Positions 21,170-30,803 of a stretch of 64,000 bases of DNA are shown piece after piece (positions within the stretch are counted from its first letter, which is position 1; each line of letters begins with the position of its first letter). The position numbers and the translations under genes are program-made. This stretch comes from an uncultured Gammaproteobacteria bacterium (lineage in GTDB: Bacteria; Pseudomonadota; Gammaproteobacteria; UBA9214): NCBI GenBank assembly GCA_963773065.1, contig CAVYZN010000009.1, forward strand, positions 179,578-243,577, read 5' to 3'. The notes beneath the pieces are model-generated. The model saw nothing but the letters and a program-made list of their open reading frames with translations, was not told the origin of the DNA and searched no databases.

Positions 21170-22726
21170 TCAGGCTATTGCCTGTCGGCTGGTTTCGGAG
21201 GGGACGACCACGAGGTGTGGGCCCATGATATGTGCAAAGTCATCGATCGACTGAGGCTGGGAGTAGACGTACCCTTGAACGTAATCGATGCCCATATTCT
21301 TCAGTTCATCGACGACATCCAGGGTTTCCACGTATTTGGCTATCGTCTCCTTGCCCAGCAGATGCCCCAGTTCGTTGATCGCCTTGACCATGGTGCGATC
21401 AACGGGGTCGAACAGGATGTCACGTACGAACGCACCGTCGATCTTCAGGTAATCAACCGGTATTTTCTTCATGTAGGCGAAGGAAGCCAGGCCGCTGCCG
21501 AAGTCATCCAGCGAAAACTTGAAGCCGCAGCCGCGCAGAGTCAACATGAAACTCGTGGCGGCGGTTAGGTTGGCGATGACCGCCGTTTCCGTGATTTCGA
21601 AGCACACCTGTTTCGGTTCGATGCCGCTCAAGCCGGCCTGATCGATTATGTATTTCACCATGGACTGATTGAGTATCGACTGGGCCGACAGGTTGATGGT
21701 GATACGGATCGGCCAGTGGCTGGATGCGGATACCTTGGCAAGCCAAGCCATGGCATGCTCAATGACCCAGCGGTCCAGATTTGAAGCCAGGTTGTATTTT
21801 TCGGCTACGGCAAGAAATATGCCCGGTGCGATAATCGATCCATCGTCATCTATCATGCGCAACAGGATTTCCACATGCTTCTCATGGCGCGCCGTACTGG
21901 CGCAGGGGACAATCGGTTGGAAATAGAGAGTGAATCGGTTTTCTACAAATGCATTGGTCAGGCGGGTCAACCATTGCATCTGTCCATGGCGCGCCTGCAG
22001 GCGCTGGTTACCCAGATGGGCAATCTGGATCTTGCTGTGATCGGATTGCTTCACGAGGGAACAGGCAGAGTCCGCCGCGCTCATTGCGGCTGCGCTATCC
22101 GTGGTATCCCGGTCTATCGGTACCACGCCGATGCTGATTCCCTGTTTGAAACTCTTGTCAGCCCGGGTGAAATGGAATGACCCAATCGCTTCGAGTAGGC
22201 TCTGTGCAATCTGAACGGCCTTGTCCAATGGACAGATCTCGAGCAGCATCCCGAATTCATCTCCACCGAGACGGCTGAGTGTGTCACGCTTGCGGACGGA
22301 GGTGAGCAGCAACTGACCGAGTTCCTGCAGGAGTTGGTCGCCTGTGGAGTGGCCATAGCTGTCGTTTACGGATTTAAACCGGTCAACATCTATGTGCAGC
22401 AATGCATGGGTGACCGACTGTGTCTGGGCATGCCTGATTGCCCTCTCAACCCTGGTCTCAAATTCACTGCGATTGATGAGCCCGGTGAGCGTGTCATGCG
22501 ATGACCGGTAGTTGAGCTGCCTGTTTTTTGCGGATACATGCTGAATCATTGTCCTCGCCAGCAACAGACAAAACACCACGGCAATGCAGGCGAGGGTTGA
22601 TTGCAACAGCAGAGCAAGCTCGGTACCGGTTTGCGCCTGGCGCAGTGATGCATACACCAGGACAAACATCAGGGCGAGTACCGACAGAAAACCAAGTTTG
22701 ATGAGCAAACGGTGCTTGTCTTTCAT
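21170..22726 (-). CDS. Two-TM GGDEF-EAL protein
   Basis: HDTLTGL, RLGGDEF, EILLR and DDFGSG; start taken at ATG 22726. Confidence 0.9.
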   Translation of the reverse strand: MKDKHRLLIKLGFLSVLALMFVLVYASLRQAQTGTELALLLQSTLACIAVVFCLLLARTMIQHVSAKNRQLNYRSSHDTLTGLINRSEFETRVERAIRHAQTQSVTHALLHIDVDRFKSVNDSYGHSTGDQLLQELGQLLLTSVRKRDTLSRLGGDEFGMLLEICPLDKAVQIAQSLLEAIGSFHFTRADKSFKQGISIGVVPIDRDTTDSAAAMSAADSACSLVKQSDHSKIQIAHLGNQRLQARHGQMQWLTRLTNAFVENRFTLYFQPIVPCASTARHEKHVEILLRMIDDDGSIIAPGIFLAVAEKYNLASNLDRWVIEHAMAWLAKVSASSHWPIRITINLSAQSILNQSMVKYIIDQAGLSGIEPKQVCFEITETAVIANLTAATSFMLTLRGCGFKFSLDDFGSGLASFAYMKKIPVDYLKIDGAFVRDILFDPVDRTMVKAINELGHLLGKETIAKYVETLDVVDELKNMGIDYVQGYVYSQPQSIDDFAHIMGPHLVVVPSETSRQAIA

Positions 22727-23246
22727 GACGGGTGTCGATCCAGGTAGTTTCAGGCTGCGACGTCGCGTGTCCCCGTGCCGCACGGCGCTGACGATATGAC
22801 ATCAGACACGATCGGCATCATCGGGAAAAACTTGATGGAATGAGGGGTTGGACCGCGTCAGGCCGCTTCGTTTATCTGAAGATCCCGGACATGGCACCAG
22901 CCAAGATAAGTGGTATGGGGAACCATATCCGGACATGTCAATCAGCACGGTTTCGCGGCAGGCGGTATCCCGGAGCAGAAAAAAATCAATCCAATCTTTG
23001 GGGCTTGCCGACAGGGGATATATGTTCCTACTTTTGAAAAATATAGAATTAATAACAAGCATGATCGACAAGAAACTGGCGCGTAAATTTCCCCCGCATT
23101 TTTCCTTGCTGATCACTGCTGATGCTCATTACTCTCACATACCCGCTACTGGCCGAAGTCACGGGCGCATGGCGTGTGTTTCTGCCAAGGCCGGGTGATC
23201 TGTACAATGGCCGACTGCAGGACCCGGTCGTTAACTGGAGAAAACC

Positions 23247-24926
23247 ATGGCACACAGGCTCAACCGCTACAGTTCCCGTATTACCGAGCCCAAATCACAG
23301 GGCGCCTCTCAGGCCATGCTGCATGGCACCGGGCTCACCAATGCGGATATGGCCAAGGCGCAGATCGGCATCTCAAGCGTCTGGTATGAGGGCAATACCT
23401 GCAACATGCACCTCAATGATCTCGCGGAGCGGGTGCGCGCCGGCGTACAGGCCGCCGGGCTGATCGGCATGCGCTTCAATACCATCGGAGTCAGTGATGG
23501 TATTTCGATGGGTACGGAAGGCATGAGCTATTCTCTGCAGTCACGTGACCTGATCGCGGACTCCATTGAAACCGTGATGAGCGCCCAATGGTATGACGCC
23601 AATATCTCCATTCCGGGTTGCGACAAGAACATGCCCGGCTGCCTGATTGCCATGGGACGACTGAACCGCCCCTCACTCATGGTCTACGGTGGGACCATCA
23701 AGCCCGGTCATTACAGGGGCATGACCCTGGATATCGTCTCCGCATTCCAGAGTTACGGGGAATATCTCGCCGGCAAGATCACCGAAGAGACACGGCAGGA
23801 AATCGTGCATCACGCCTGTCCCGGGGCCGGGGCCTGCGGCGGCATGTATACCGCCAACACCATGGCCTCGGCCATCGAGGCCATGGGCATGTCGCTGCCC
23901 TACAGCTCTTCCACCCCGGCGGTTGATCCCCGGAAACTCGATGAGTGTTTCAGTGCGGGTGCCGCCATCCGCAAGCTCCTGGAAAATGACATCAAGCCGC
24001 GTGACATCATGACGCGCGATGCATTTGAGAACGCCATGGTGCTGGTCATCGCGCTGGGTGGTTCGACCAATGCCGTGCTGCATCTGCTGGCCATGGCGCG
24101 CGCCGTGGATGTCCCGTTAGACATCGATGATTTCCAGCAGGTCAGCGACCGGGTGCCGTTTCTGGCAGACCTCAAACCAAGCGGCCGGTATGTCATGGAG
24201 GATTTGCATCGGGCAGGCGGTACCCCGGCGGTCATGAAATACCTGCTGGCGCACGGCCTGATCAAGGGTGAGTGCATGACCGTAACCGGCCATACGGTGG
24301 CCGAGAACCTCAGGGATCTGCCGGGTCTGGCCCAGGGGCAGGAGGTTTTTCATGCACTGGATAAGCCGATCAAGAAAACCGGCCACATCCAGATCCTGAA
24401 GGGGAATCTGGCGCCCGGCGGTGCGGTGGCCAAGATCACCGGCAAGGAAGGCATGCGCTTCAGCGGGCCGGCGCGGGTGTTCGATAGCGAGGAGGACATG
24501 TTGCGGTCGCTGGAGGAGCGGCGCATACAGAAAGGGGAGGTGGTGGTCATACGCTACGAAGGCCCGAAAGGCGGGCCGGGCATGCCGGAGATGCTGACAC
24601 CGACCTCGGCGATCATGGGCGCCGGGCTTGGCAATGACGTGGCGCTGCTGACGGATGGCCGTTTTTCCGGGGGGTCACACGGCTTCATCATCGGTCATAT
24701 CGTCCCCGAGGCCCAGGAGGGCGGACCGATTGCGCTCATCCGGGACGGTGACATTATCACCATTGAAGCCGAGAACCGCACTCTCTCGGTCGATATCAGT
24801 GATGCGGAAATGCAACGGCGCCGCAGGGAGTGGACGATGCCGCCCTACAAGGCGACGCGCGGCACGCTGTACAAGTACATCCGGCTGGTGAAGGATGCCT
24901 CGAAGGGCTGTGTCACGGACGAGTGA
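23247..24926 (+). CDS. ilvD: Dihydroxy-acid dehydratase
   Basis: [24 protein letters not shown] and TDGRFSGG; GGAG RBS. Confidence 0.96.
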   Translation: MAHRLNRYSSRITEPKSQGASQAMLHGTGLTNADMAKAQIGISSVWYEGNTCNMHLNDLAERVRAGVQAAGLIGMRFNTIGVSDGISMGTEGMSYSLQSRDLIADSIETVMSAQWYDANISIPGCDKNMPGCLIAMGRLNRPSLMVYGGTIKPGHYRGMTLDIVSAFQSYGEYLAGKITEETRQEIVHHACPGAGACGGMYTANTMASAIEAMGMSLPYSSSTPAVDPRKLDECFSAGAAIRKLLENDIKPRDIMTRDAFENAMVLVIALGGSTNAVLHLLAMARAVDVPLDIDDFQQVSDRVPFLADLKPSGRYVMEDLHRAGGTPAVMKYLLAHGLIKGECMTVTGHTVAENLRDLPGLAQGQEVFHALDKPIKKTGHIQILKGNLAPGGAVAKITGKEGMRFSGPARVFDSEEDMLRSLEERRIQKGEVVVIRYEGPKGGPGMPEMLTPTSAIMGAGLGNDVALLTDGRFSGGSHGFIIGHIVPEAQEGGPIALIRDGDIITIEAENRTLSVDISDAEMQRRRREWTMPPYKATRGTLYKYIRLVKDASKGCVTDE

Positions 24927-24964
24927 CTTGCCGGCATGTGCGCGGTAAGAATCTCTTAGCCAGT

Positions 24965-25636
24965 CTAGAACGTATCCCAACTGGATTTCTTGCGCCAGCG
25001 AATGCGCGGGATGATGAGGCCCGCGATGATGCCTAGCAGGACGACGCCGGCGCCGACCATGAACCAGTCGCGCGCGGTGCGGTCCTTGAGGTTTTCATTC
25101 TCCTGCTGCAATGTCTGCAGGTTGCGCTCCAGCGCCACCAGGCGGCTCTTGAGATCCTTGTTCTCGCTGTCGATGGCCAGGGCACTGGAGGCGGTGCGCT
25201 TGATCTCGGCTAGTTCCTGACTGGCTTTCCGGTAGTCAGAGTCCATGGTGCTGCGATCCTTCTCGATGTTGCCTTTTTCCGCGTTGATTGCCTGCATCGT
25301 TGTTGCCATCTTGCGGTTCTCAAGCTCCAGTTCCGCGAGTTTTTTCTCGGCCTCGGTCAACTGGTCCCGGGCAACCGGTCCTTTCATCAGGTAGCGGGTG
25401 AGCACCCAGCCTTCCTTGCCTTGGGCGCGGATCAGGCTGTAGCCGGATTCCTTATCCTGCTCCACCACTTCAACCGGGGTGCCGCTGCGCAGCATGCGCA
25501 CGATGCTGTGACTGGTGCTTTTGCCGGTGCGCAGGGTGACCTCGAGCTGATCACTGACGTAATTCGTCTCGGCCAGGACATTACCTGTGACAAGGAAGGT
25601 CGAACACACAAGGGTCAGCAGTTTAATCGCACGCAT
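24965..25636 (-). CDS. SH3-domain protein (TIGR04211/YgiM-like)
   Basis: Signal peptide, YVSDQLEVTLRTG SH3 domain, coiled coil, WFMVGAGV C-terminal TM; start uncertain. Confidence 0.85.
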   Translation of the reverse strand: MRAIKLLTLVCSTFLVTGNVLAETNYVSDQLEVTLRTGKSTSHSIVRMLRSGTPVEVVEQDKESGYSLIRAQGKEGWVLTRYLMKGPVARDQLTEAEKKLAELELENRKMATTMQAINAEKGNIEKDRSTMDSDYRKASQELAEIKRTASSALAIDSENKDLKSRLVALERNLQTLQQENENLKDRTARDWFMVGAGVVLLGIIAGLIIPRIRWRKKSSWDTF

Positions 25637-25781
25637 TGCTTTTCCATTTACCGGGTAAATTGACATGGTCGGCTATTGTAGCCGAACATGCCGTATCACG
25701 GGTAATATCATCCCGGTGCCTGAAATCCGCTATTTCTCCTTGCAGCCAGATCATGCCGTCCCTGGCTATAGCCCCTGCGCA

Positions 25782-26126
25782 ATGGATACTATCGCGATAC
25801 TGGACCAGTTTGATTTTCATGACCGGATTGGGCGAACGCATGGCCCGGCGTTGGTGCTGTTCCATACGCCGGGATGCGCATCGTGCCGGTACTGGAAGCA
25901 GTTGCTTTCCAACTACGCGAGAATGCATGGCGAGCTAACCCTCTATCAGGTCGATGTCCAGCGGGACATGGCCCTGGTGCATGAATTCGGGTTTTACCAC
26001 TTGCCGGCCCTGTACCTTTTTCTGGATGGGCGGTTTCATTGCGAGTTGCAATCCGAAGCCCGTATGGAGCATTTTCATAGGGCACTGAACGATGCGCTCC
26101 ATGCGCCTGCGCAGGAGGCCCCATGA
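25782..26126 (+). CDS. Thioredoxin-family protein
   Basis: CASC motif in a thioredoxin-like fold; stop overlaps the ampD start (ATGA). Confidence 0.75.
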   Translation: MDTIAILDQFDFHDRIGRTHGPALVLFHTPGCASCRYWKQLLSNYARMHGELTLYQVDVQRDMALVHEFGFYHLPALYLFLDGRFHCELQSEARMEHFHRALNDALHAPAQEAP

Positions 26127-26683
26127 AGATCGATGCGAGCGGAAACTGGCTGCTTGACGCCCGGCATGTGCCTACTCCCAATTGTGATGAGCGGCCCGAC
26201 GGCGACGATATTTCCCTGATAGTCATTCATGGTATCAGCCTGCCTCCGGGGGAGTACGGCGGGGAGTGGATCGATGACCTGTTCACCAATCGGCTGGATC
26301 CAACTGCGCACCCATATTTTGCCGGGATCGCGCATTTGCGGGTCTCCAGTCACCTGCTGATCAGGCGTAATGGCGAAGTGGTGCAATATGTCCCCTTCCG
26401 GAAACGCGCCTGGCATGCGGGCGAATCCTGCTATCAAGGGCGCAACTGCTGTAATGACTATTCCATCGGGATCGAGTTGGAAGGACAGGATGACGTACCC
26501 TATACGACGGAACAATATGACCAGCTCGCCGGGATCATCCAGGCACTCGTGCGGGCATTCCCCGGCGTGACGATCGACCGTATCAGCGGGCATAGCGATA
26601 TCGCGCCCGACCGCAAGACCGACCCGGGCGCGGCGTTTGACTGGCGGGCCCTGAATGCGCGACTCGCGGCGACGCCAACCTGA
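26123..26683 (+). CDS. ampD: 1,6-anhydro-N-acetylmuramyl-L-alanine amidase
   Basis: VIHGISLPPG, RAWHAG, CNDYSIGIELEG, HSDIAPDRKTDPG. Confidence 0.95.
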   Translation: MKIDASGNWLLDARHVPTPNCDERPDGDDISLIVIHGISLPPGEYGGEWIDDLFTNRLDPTAHPYFAGIAHLRVSSHLLIRRNGEVVQYVPFRKRAWHAGESCYQGRNCCNDYSIGIELEGQDDVPYTTEQYDQLAGIIQALVRAFPGVTIDRISGHSDIAPDRKTDPGAAFDWRALNARLAATPT

Positions 26684-26686
26684 AGG

Positions 26687-27301
26687 GTGGATGCGTTGAG
26701 CACAGGGCTGAGCCGAGAAACACAGATCGACCTGCTGCGCCATGGCGAGCCGGTTGGCGGACCGCGTTACCGCGGCCAGATCGATGATGCCCTGAGCGAG
26801 AAAGGCTGGCAGCAGATGTGGCGGACGGTGGAAGGCAGATCGGAGTGGCAGCAGATCGTGACCTCGCCGCTGCGCCGCTGCAGCACTTTCGCCGCGGCGC
26901 TCGGCGAACGCCTGCGGCTGCCCGTGCATGAGGAACCGCGCTTCAGGGAGGTCGGTTTTGGTGTATGGGAAGGCCGGAGCCGCACCGAGCTGGAACGGCT
27001 CATCCCGGGACAGGTCGCCCGGTTTCTCCAGGACCCGGTCAACAGCCGCCCTCCGGGGGCGGAACCGCTGGCTGAATTCACCGGCCGGGTCCAGGCCGGT
27101 TTCGTCGACCTGCTGAGCAGGTTTGCCGGGCAATCCGTGCTGGTCGTGGCCCATGCGGGTGTGATCCGCGCCATCATGGTCTATGTACTGGAAGTGCCGC
27201 CGGCAAGGATGTATCGCATCCATGTCGCCAATGCCGGTCTGAGCCGGATACGTACCGACAGGGACCGTCAATTCTACCTGGTCGATCATGGCCTGGTGTG
27301 A
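26687..27301 (+). CDS. Histidine phosphatase (alpha-ribazole phosphatase/CobC-like)
   Basis: LLRHGE, SPLRRC, FGVWEG, AHAGVIR; near cobalamin genes. Confidence 0.8.
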   Translation: MDALSTGLSRETQIDLLRHGEPVGGPRYRGQIDDALSEKGWQQMWRTVEGRSEWQQIVTSPLRRCSTFAAALGERLRLPVHEEPRFREVGFGVWEGRSRTELERLIPGQVARFLQDPVNSRPPGAEPLAEFTGRVQAGFVDLLSRFAGQSVLVVAHAGVIRAIMVYVLEVPPARMYRIHVANAGLSRIRTDRDRQFYLVDHGLV

Positions 27302-27306
27302 GGAGC

Positions 27307-28212
27307 ATGCGTATCGGGATCGACCTTGGCGGGACAAAGATAGCAGGCATCCTCCTCGCGGCCGATGGCCGTGAACTGACCCGCCAGCGCGTACCTACCC
27401 CGGGCGGCGATTACCGGGAGACGCTGTTCGCGGTGCGTGACCTTGTGGTCCAGCTCGAGTCCCGGGCGGGTGAGCCGTGTTCGGTTGGCATCGGCATGCC
27501 GGGGTCCGTATCGCGCGCCACCGGACTGGTCAAGAACTCCAATTCCACCTGTCTGAACAAGCAGCCGTTGCACCGCGATCTCAAGGCCATGCTGGGACGT
27601 TCGCTGCGCTTTGCCAATGACGCCGATTGCTTTGCCCTGTCGGAGGCCAGGGATGGCGCCGCCGCGGGTGCCTCGGTGGTGTTCGGTGTGATCGTCGGTA
27701 CCGGTACGGGGGGTGGCATCGTCGTCAACGGGCGATTGCTGACCGGGCCGAACGGCATCGCCGGTGAATGGGGACATAACCCCTTGCCCTGGCCGCGGCC
27801 CGATGAACTGCCCGGTCCCGCGTGTTATTGCGGCCTCAGTGGTTGTATCGAGACCTGGCTGTCAGGTCCGGGACTGGCGCGTGATCATCGGCAGATCTGC
27901 GGTGAGACACTCGAGACCGTTGAAATCAGCCGGCGCGCGCACGCCGGCAACGGTTCCGCTCGGCAGACACTGGATCGCTACCACGACCGGATGGCGCGGG
28001 CCTTGGCCAGCGTGATCAACATTATCGACCCGGAGGTGATCGTGCTCGGTGGCGGGGTCTCCAATATGGCCTCGCTGTATGACGAAGTGCCACAACGCTG
28101 GGGGCGCTATGTCTTTTCGGATCGTGTGGACACGAAACTGGTGCGCGCCGTGCACGGCGATTCCAGCGGGGTACGCGGCGCGGCGTGGTTATGGCCGGAC
28201 GGGTGGGGCTGA
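27307..28212 (+). CDS. ROK family sugar kinase (Mak/fructokinase-like)
   Basis: GIDLGGTK, NDADCFALSE, GEWGH, CYCG..GCIE, DSSGVRGAAWL. Confidence 0.9.
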   Translation: MRIGIDLGGTKIAGILLAADGRELTRQRVPTPGGDYRETLFAVRDLVVQLESRAGEPCSVGIGMPGSVSRATGLVKNSNSTCLNKQPLHRDLKAMLGRSLRFANDADCFALSEARDGAAAGASVVFGVIVGTGTGGGIVVNGRLLTGPNGIAGEWGHNPLPWPRPDELPGPACYCGLSGCIETWLSGPGLARDHRQICGETLETVEISRRAHAGNGSARQTLDRYHDRMARALASVINIIDPEVIVLGGGVSNMASLYDEVPQRWGRYVFSDRVDTKLVRAVHGDSSGVRGAAWLWPDGWG

Positions 28213-28346
28213 ATTTGATCCATTGCGCCCGGTATCGATGCCGGTACTCTTGTCGCTAGCCCGGGTGTTCCATCTGTTGATCATCGAGTGATGGGTAAGC
28301 AGCGATAATCAGCCGCCGTATCGGCTTGGTCAGGGTGCCAGTGTAT

Positions 28347-29264
28347 ATGGGTTTATTCTATGGAAGGTTTTTGCAATTAACCGGCGCTATCCTGGCGTGG
28401 ATGCTGCTGCACGAGCCGGCGTGGCCGGCCATCCATGTCACCGATGATGCCGGTCAGCGGGTCACCCTGGTCAGCCCCGCGCGGCGGATAGTCAGTCTGG
28501 CGCCGCATATCACCGAACTCCTGTTTGCCGTGGGCGCGGGCGAAACGCTGGTCGGGGCGTCCGAGTTCAGTGATTATCCCGAAGCGGCCCGCGCGATTCC
28601 GCGTGTCGGCGGCGGCAGCGGTCTGGATCTCGAGGCTATCCTCGCGTTGCAGCCGGACCTGGTGATTGCCTGGGAGAGTGGCAATCCGGCCGGCCAGGTG
28701 AGGCGCCTGCAGCAACTCGGCCTGCCGGTGTTCTTCTCGGAGCCGCGCCGCCTGCAGGATATCAGCTCCAGCCTGGAGAGGTTCGGGCGGCTGACAGGCC
28801 GGCTGGAAGCGGCGCGTGTCCAGGTCCGCGCCTTCGCGCACCGTTTGGAAGATCTGCGCTTGCGCTATTCCGGAGGGGATGAAGTCACGGTGTTCTACCA
28901 GATCTGGGAGCGCCCGCTCATGACGGTGAACGGGCGGCATCTCGTCAGTGACGTGATTCGCCTGTGTGGTGGCCGCAACGTATTTGCCGAGCTGCCGACG
29001 CTCGCGCCGCAAATCGATATCGAAGCGGTGCTGACGGCCAATCCGGATGTGGTCGTGGTGGGGGATGCCGCCGGAGAACCCGCCGCATCGCTTGCGGCAT
29101 GGCGACGCTGGCCCGAGTTGAATGCCGTGAAGCAACAGCACCTGTATTCGATTCAGCGCGAACTGCTGGTACGTCCTACTCCACGCCTACTGGACGGCGC
29201 CGAGCAACTTTGCCGGCTGCTGGAGGGCGTACGCGAGACACGCACGCAGCCCGGTAATCGGTGA
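28347..29264 (+). CDS. btuF: Cobalamin ABC transporter periplasmic binding protein (BtuF-like)
   Basis: RIVSLAPHITELLFAVGAG, SDYP, CGGRNVF, RPTPRL; start uncertain. Confidence 0.82.
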   Translation: MGLFYGRFLQLTGAILAWMLLHEPAWPAIHVTDDAGQRVTLVSPARRIVSLAPHITELLFAVGAGETLVGASEFSDYPEAARAIPRVGGGSGLDLEAILALQPDLVIAWESGNPAGQVRRLQQLGLPVFFSEPRRLQDISSSLERFGRLTGRLEAARVQVRAFAHRLEDLRLRYSGGDEVTVFYQIWERPLMTVNGRHLVSDVIRLCGGRNVFAELPTLAPQIDIEAVLTANPDVVVVGDAAGEPAASLAAWRRWPELNAVKQQHLYSIQRELLVRPTPRLLDGAEQLCRLLEGVRETRTQPGNR

Positions 29265-29309
29265 TGGTGCGCTCATGCAATGATTCCCGTGTGCTGGATT
29301 CCTCAGTAG

Positions 29310-29554
29310 ATCGCCACGGAAACCACGGAAGAACACGGAAAAATGACAAAGTAATAAGTAATAAGTGAGAAGTTAGAAGTGATAAACCCGCTCAGGCGCT
29401 GGTGCATGTCTGGATAGTAGCACCTTGAAGGGCATAAACGGCCTTAGCCTGGATTGCGAGGTATTGAAATGCAATATTCATTCGCGAACGAATTCGCGCC
29501 TACAGGTGTTCTAAATCAATAAATTTCTCTGCGTCCTTTGCGTCTCTGCGGTGA
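29310..29554. repeat. Inverted copy of the composite cassette, plus a REP (29480-29503) and a CTCTGCG triple motif (29527-29554)
   Basis: atcgccacggaaaccacggaagaacacggaaa with heptamers; the core is the reverse complement of 4255-4397 (ctatcc..catgcaccagcgcc; tgcatttcaat..gcaatc). Confidence 0.8.
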
Positions 29555-29560
29555 TTCCCA

Positions 29561-30118
29561 TTATTTCCGTTCGTGCCGCCAGAACACGTCCGTCTTGCCC
29601 GCCTGCTTGTTCAGTTGGCGTGCCATGACGAACAGCAGGTCGGACAGCCGGTTGAGATACATGATACCCGCCGGGTTGACGTCATCGGCTCTGGCCAGGC
29701 TGACCAGCCGGCGTTCGGCACGGCGACAGATGGCGCGCGCGAGATGACAGGCCGAGGCAGCCGGACTGCCGCCGGGCAGGATGAACTCCCTGAGCGCAGG
29801 CAGATCCACGTTCAGCTCATCGAGTGCGGCTTCGAGTTCCCCGGCCCGCTCGGCGCGGACCAAGTAGGGTTTTGTGTGTCCCGGCAAGCAGAGTTCGCCG
29901 CCGAGATCAAACAGCGTATGCTGCACCCCGGCCAGCCGTTTTCCCATGTCACCGGACAGCTCGTGGCTGAGCACCAGGCCCAGTGCGCTGTTGAGTTCGT
30001 CGATGGCGCCGATGGCCTCGATGCGCGGGTCATCCTTGTCGATACGTGAGCCATCGCCCAGGCCGGTGGTGCCCTTGTCACCCGTGCGTGTATAAATCTT
30101 CGTCAGTCGGTTTCCCAT
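29561..30118 (-). CDS. ATP:cob(I)alamin adenosyltransferase (PduO type)
   Basis: KIYTRTGDKGTT, FILPGG, RAICRRAER, YLNRLSDLLF. Confidence 0.93.
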   Translation of the reverse strand: MGNRLTKIYTRTGDKGTTGLGDGSRIDKDDPRIEAIGAIDELNSALGLVLSHELSGDMGKRLAGVQHTLFDLGGELCLPGHTKPYLVRAERAGELEAALDELNVDLPALREFILPGGSPAASACHLARAICRRAERRLVSLARADDVNPAGIMYLNRLSDLLFVMARQLNKQAGKTDVFWRHERK

Positions 30119-30803
30119 TCAGCCCCCTATCAGACGGTATTCCACCGGGATGATGATATCGATAGCCCGTCCCTTCATCCATTGTTCGGCATCCGGCACG
30201 CTGGCGAGTTGCAAGGATTGCAGCGCCGCCCGGTCGAGCACCGGGTAACCGGATGTCTCCTCGACGCGCAGCCTGGAGATCCGTCCATCCGACTCGATAT
30301 GCACTTCCAGTTTGACGATACCCTGCCAGCCCTTGTGGCGCGCCAGGACGGGATAGTCGAGGCGGCCGGTGACCAGTTCCAGAATGCGTTTCCTGAGATG
30401 TTGCTCGGCGGTCTGCTGTAGTGTGTCCGTGCTGCCGGATGCTGGCGCGGCTTGCCCAGGGTCTTCCGCAACTCCCGGATGCGGTGCATCAACAGTCTGC
30501 CCCTCGCCGGATCCCGGCGGCTGCCTGTCCAAAAGCCGCATGAGCGGTTTTCCGGCGGGCTTGGCGGGTGTTGGCTGGTCAGTCCTGCGCGGCGGTTCCC
30601 GCTGCGCGCGGGAAATACCGGCGGGCCTGGCAACAGGGGATGCAGCGCCGGTTTCGACCGCGCGCTGCGTCATGGAAACCTGCAGTATCTCTCCTGCGGG
30701 ACCGAGGCTGGGTCACCGCTCGATTGCCCACCAGCAGGGCGGCGGCATGGATAGCCACGGACAGGGCGAAGAACCACGCGATGCGGTTATCCTGCGCGCT
30801 CAT
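30119..30803 (-). CDS. TonB family energy transducer, frameshifted near 30710
   Basis: N-terminal TM with SxxxH (ORF 30579-30803) and TonB C-terminal domain YPVLARHKGWQG...SSG-like LDRAAL (ORF 30119-30673) in different frames. Confidence 0.8.

Noticed and set aside
22800-23240. c-di-GMP riboswitch or small gene between the GGDEF-EAL gene and ilvD
   Set aside because: No recognisable riboswitch motif, and the ORFs lack features; it looks like a divergent promoter region.
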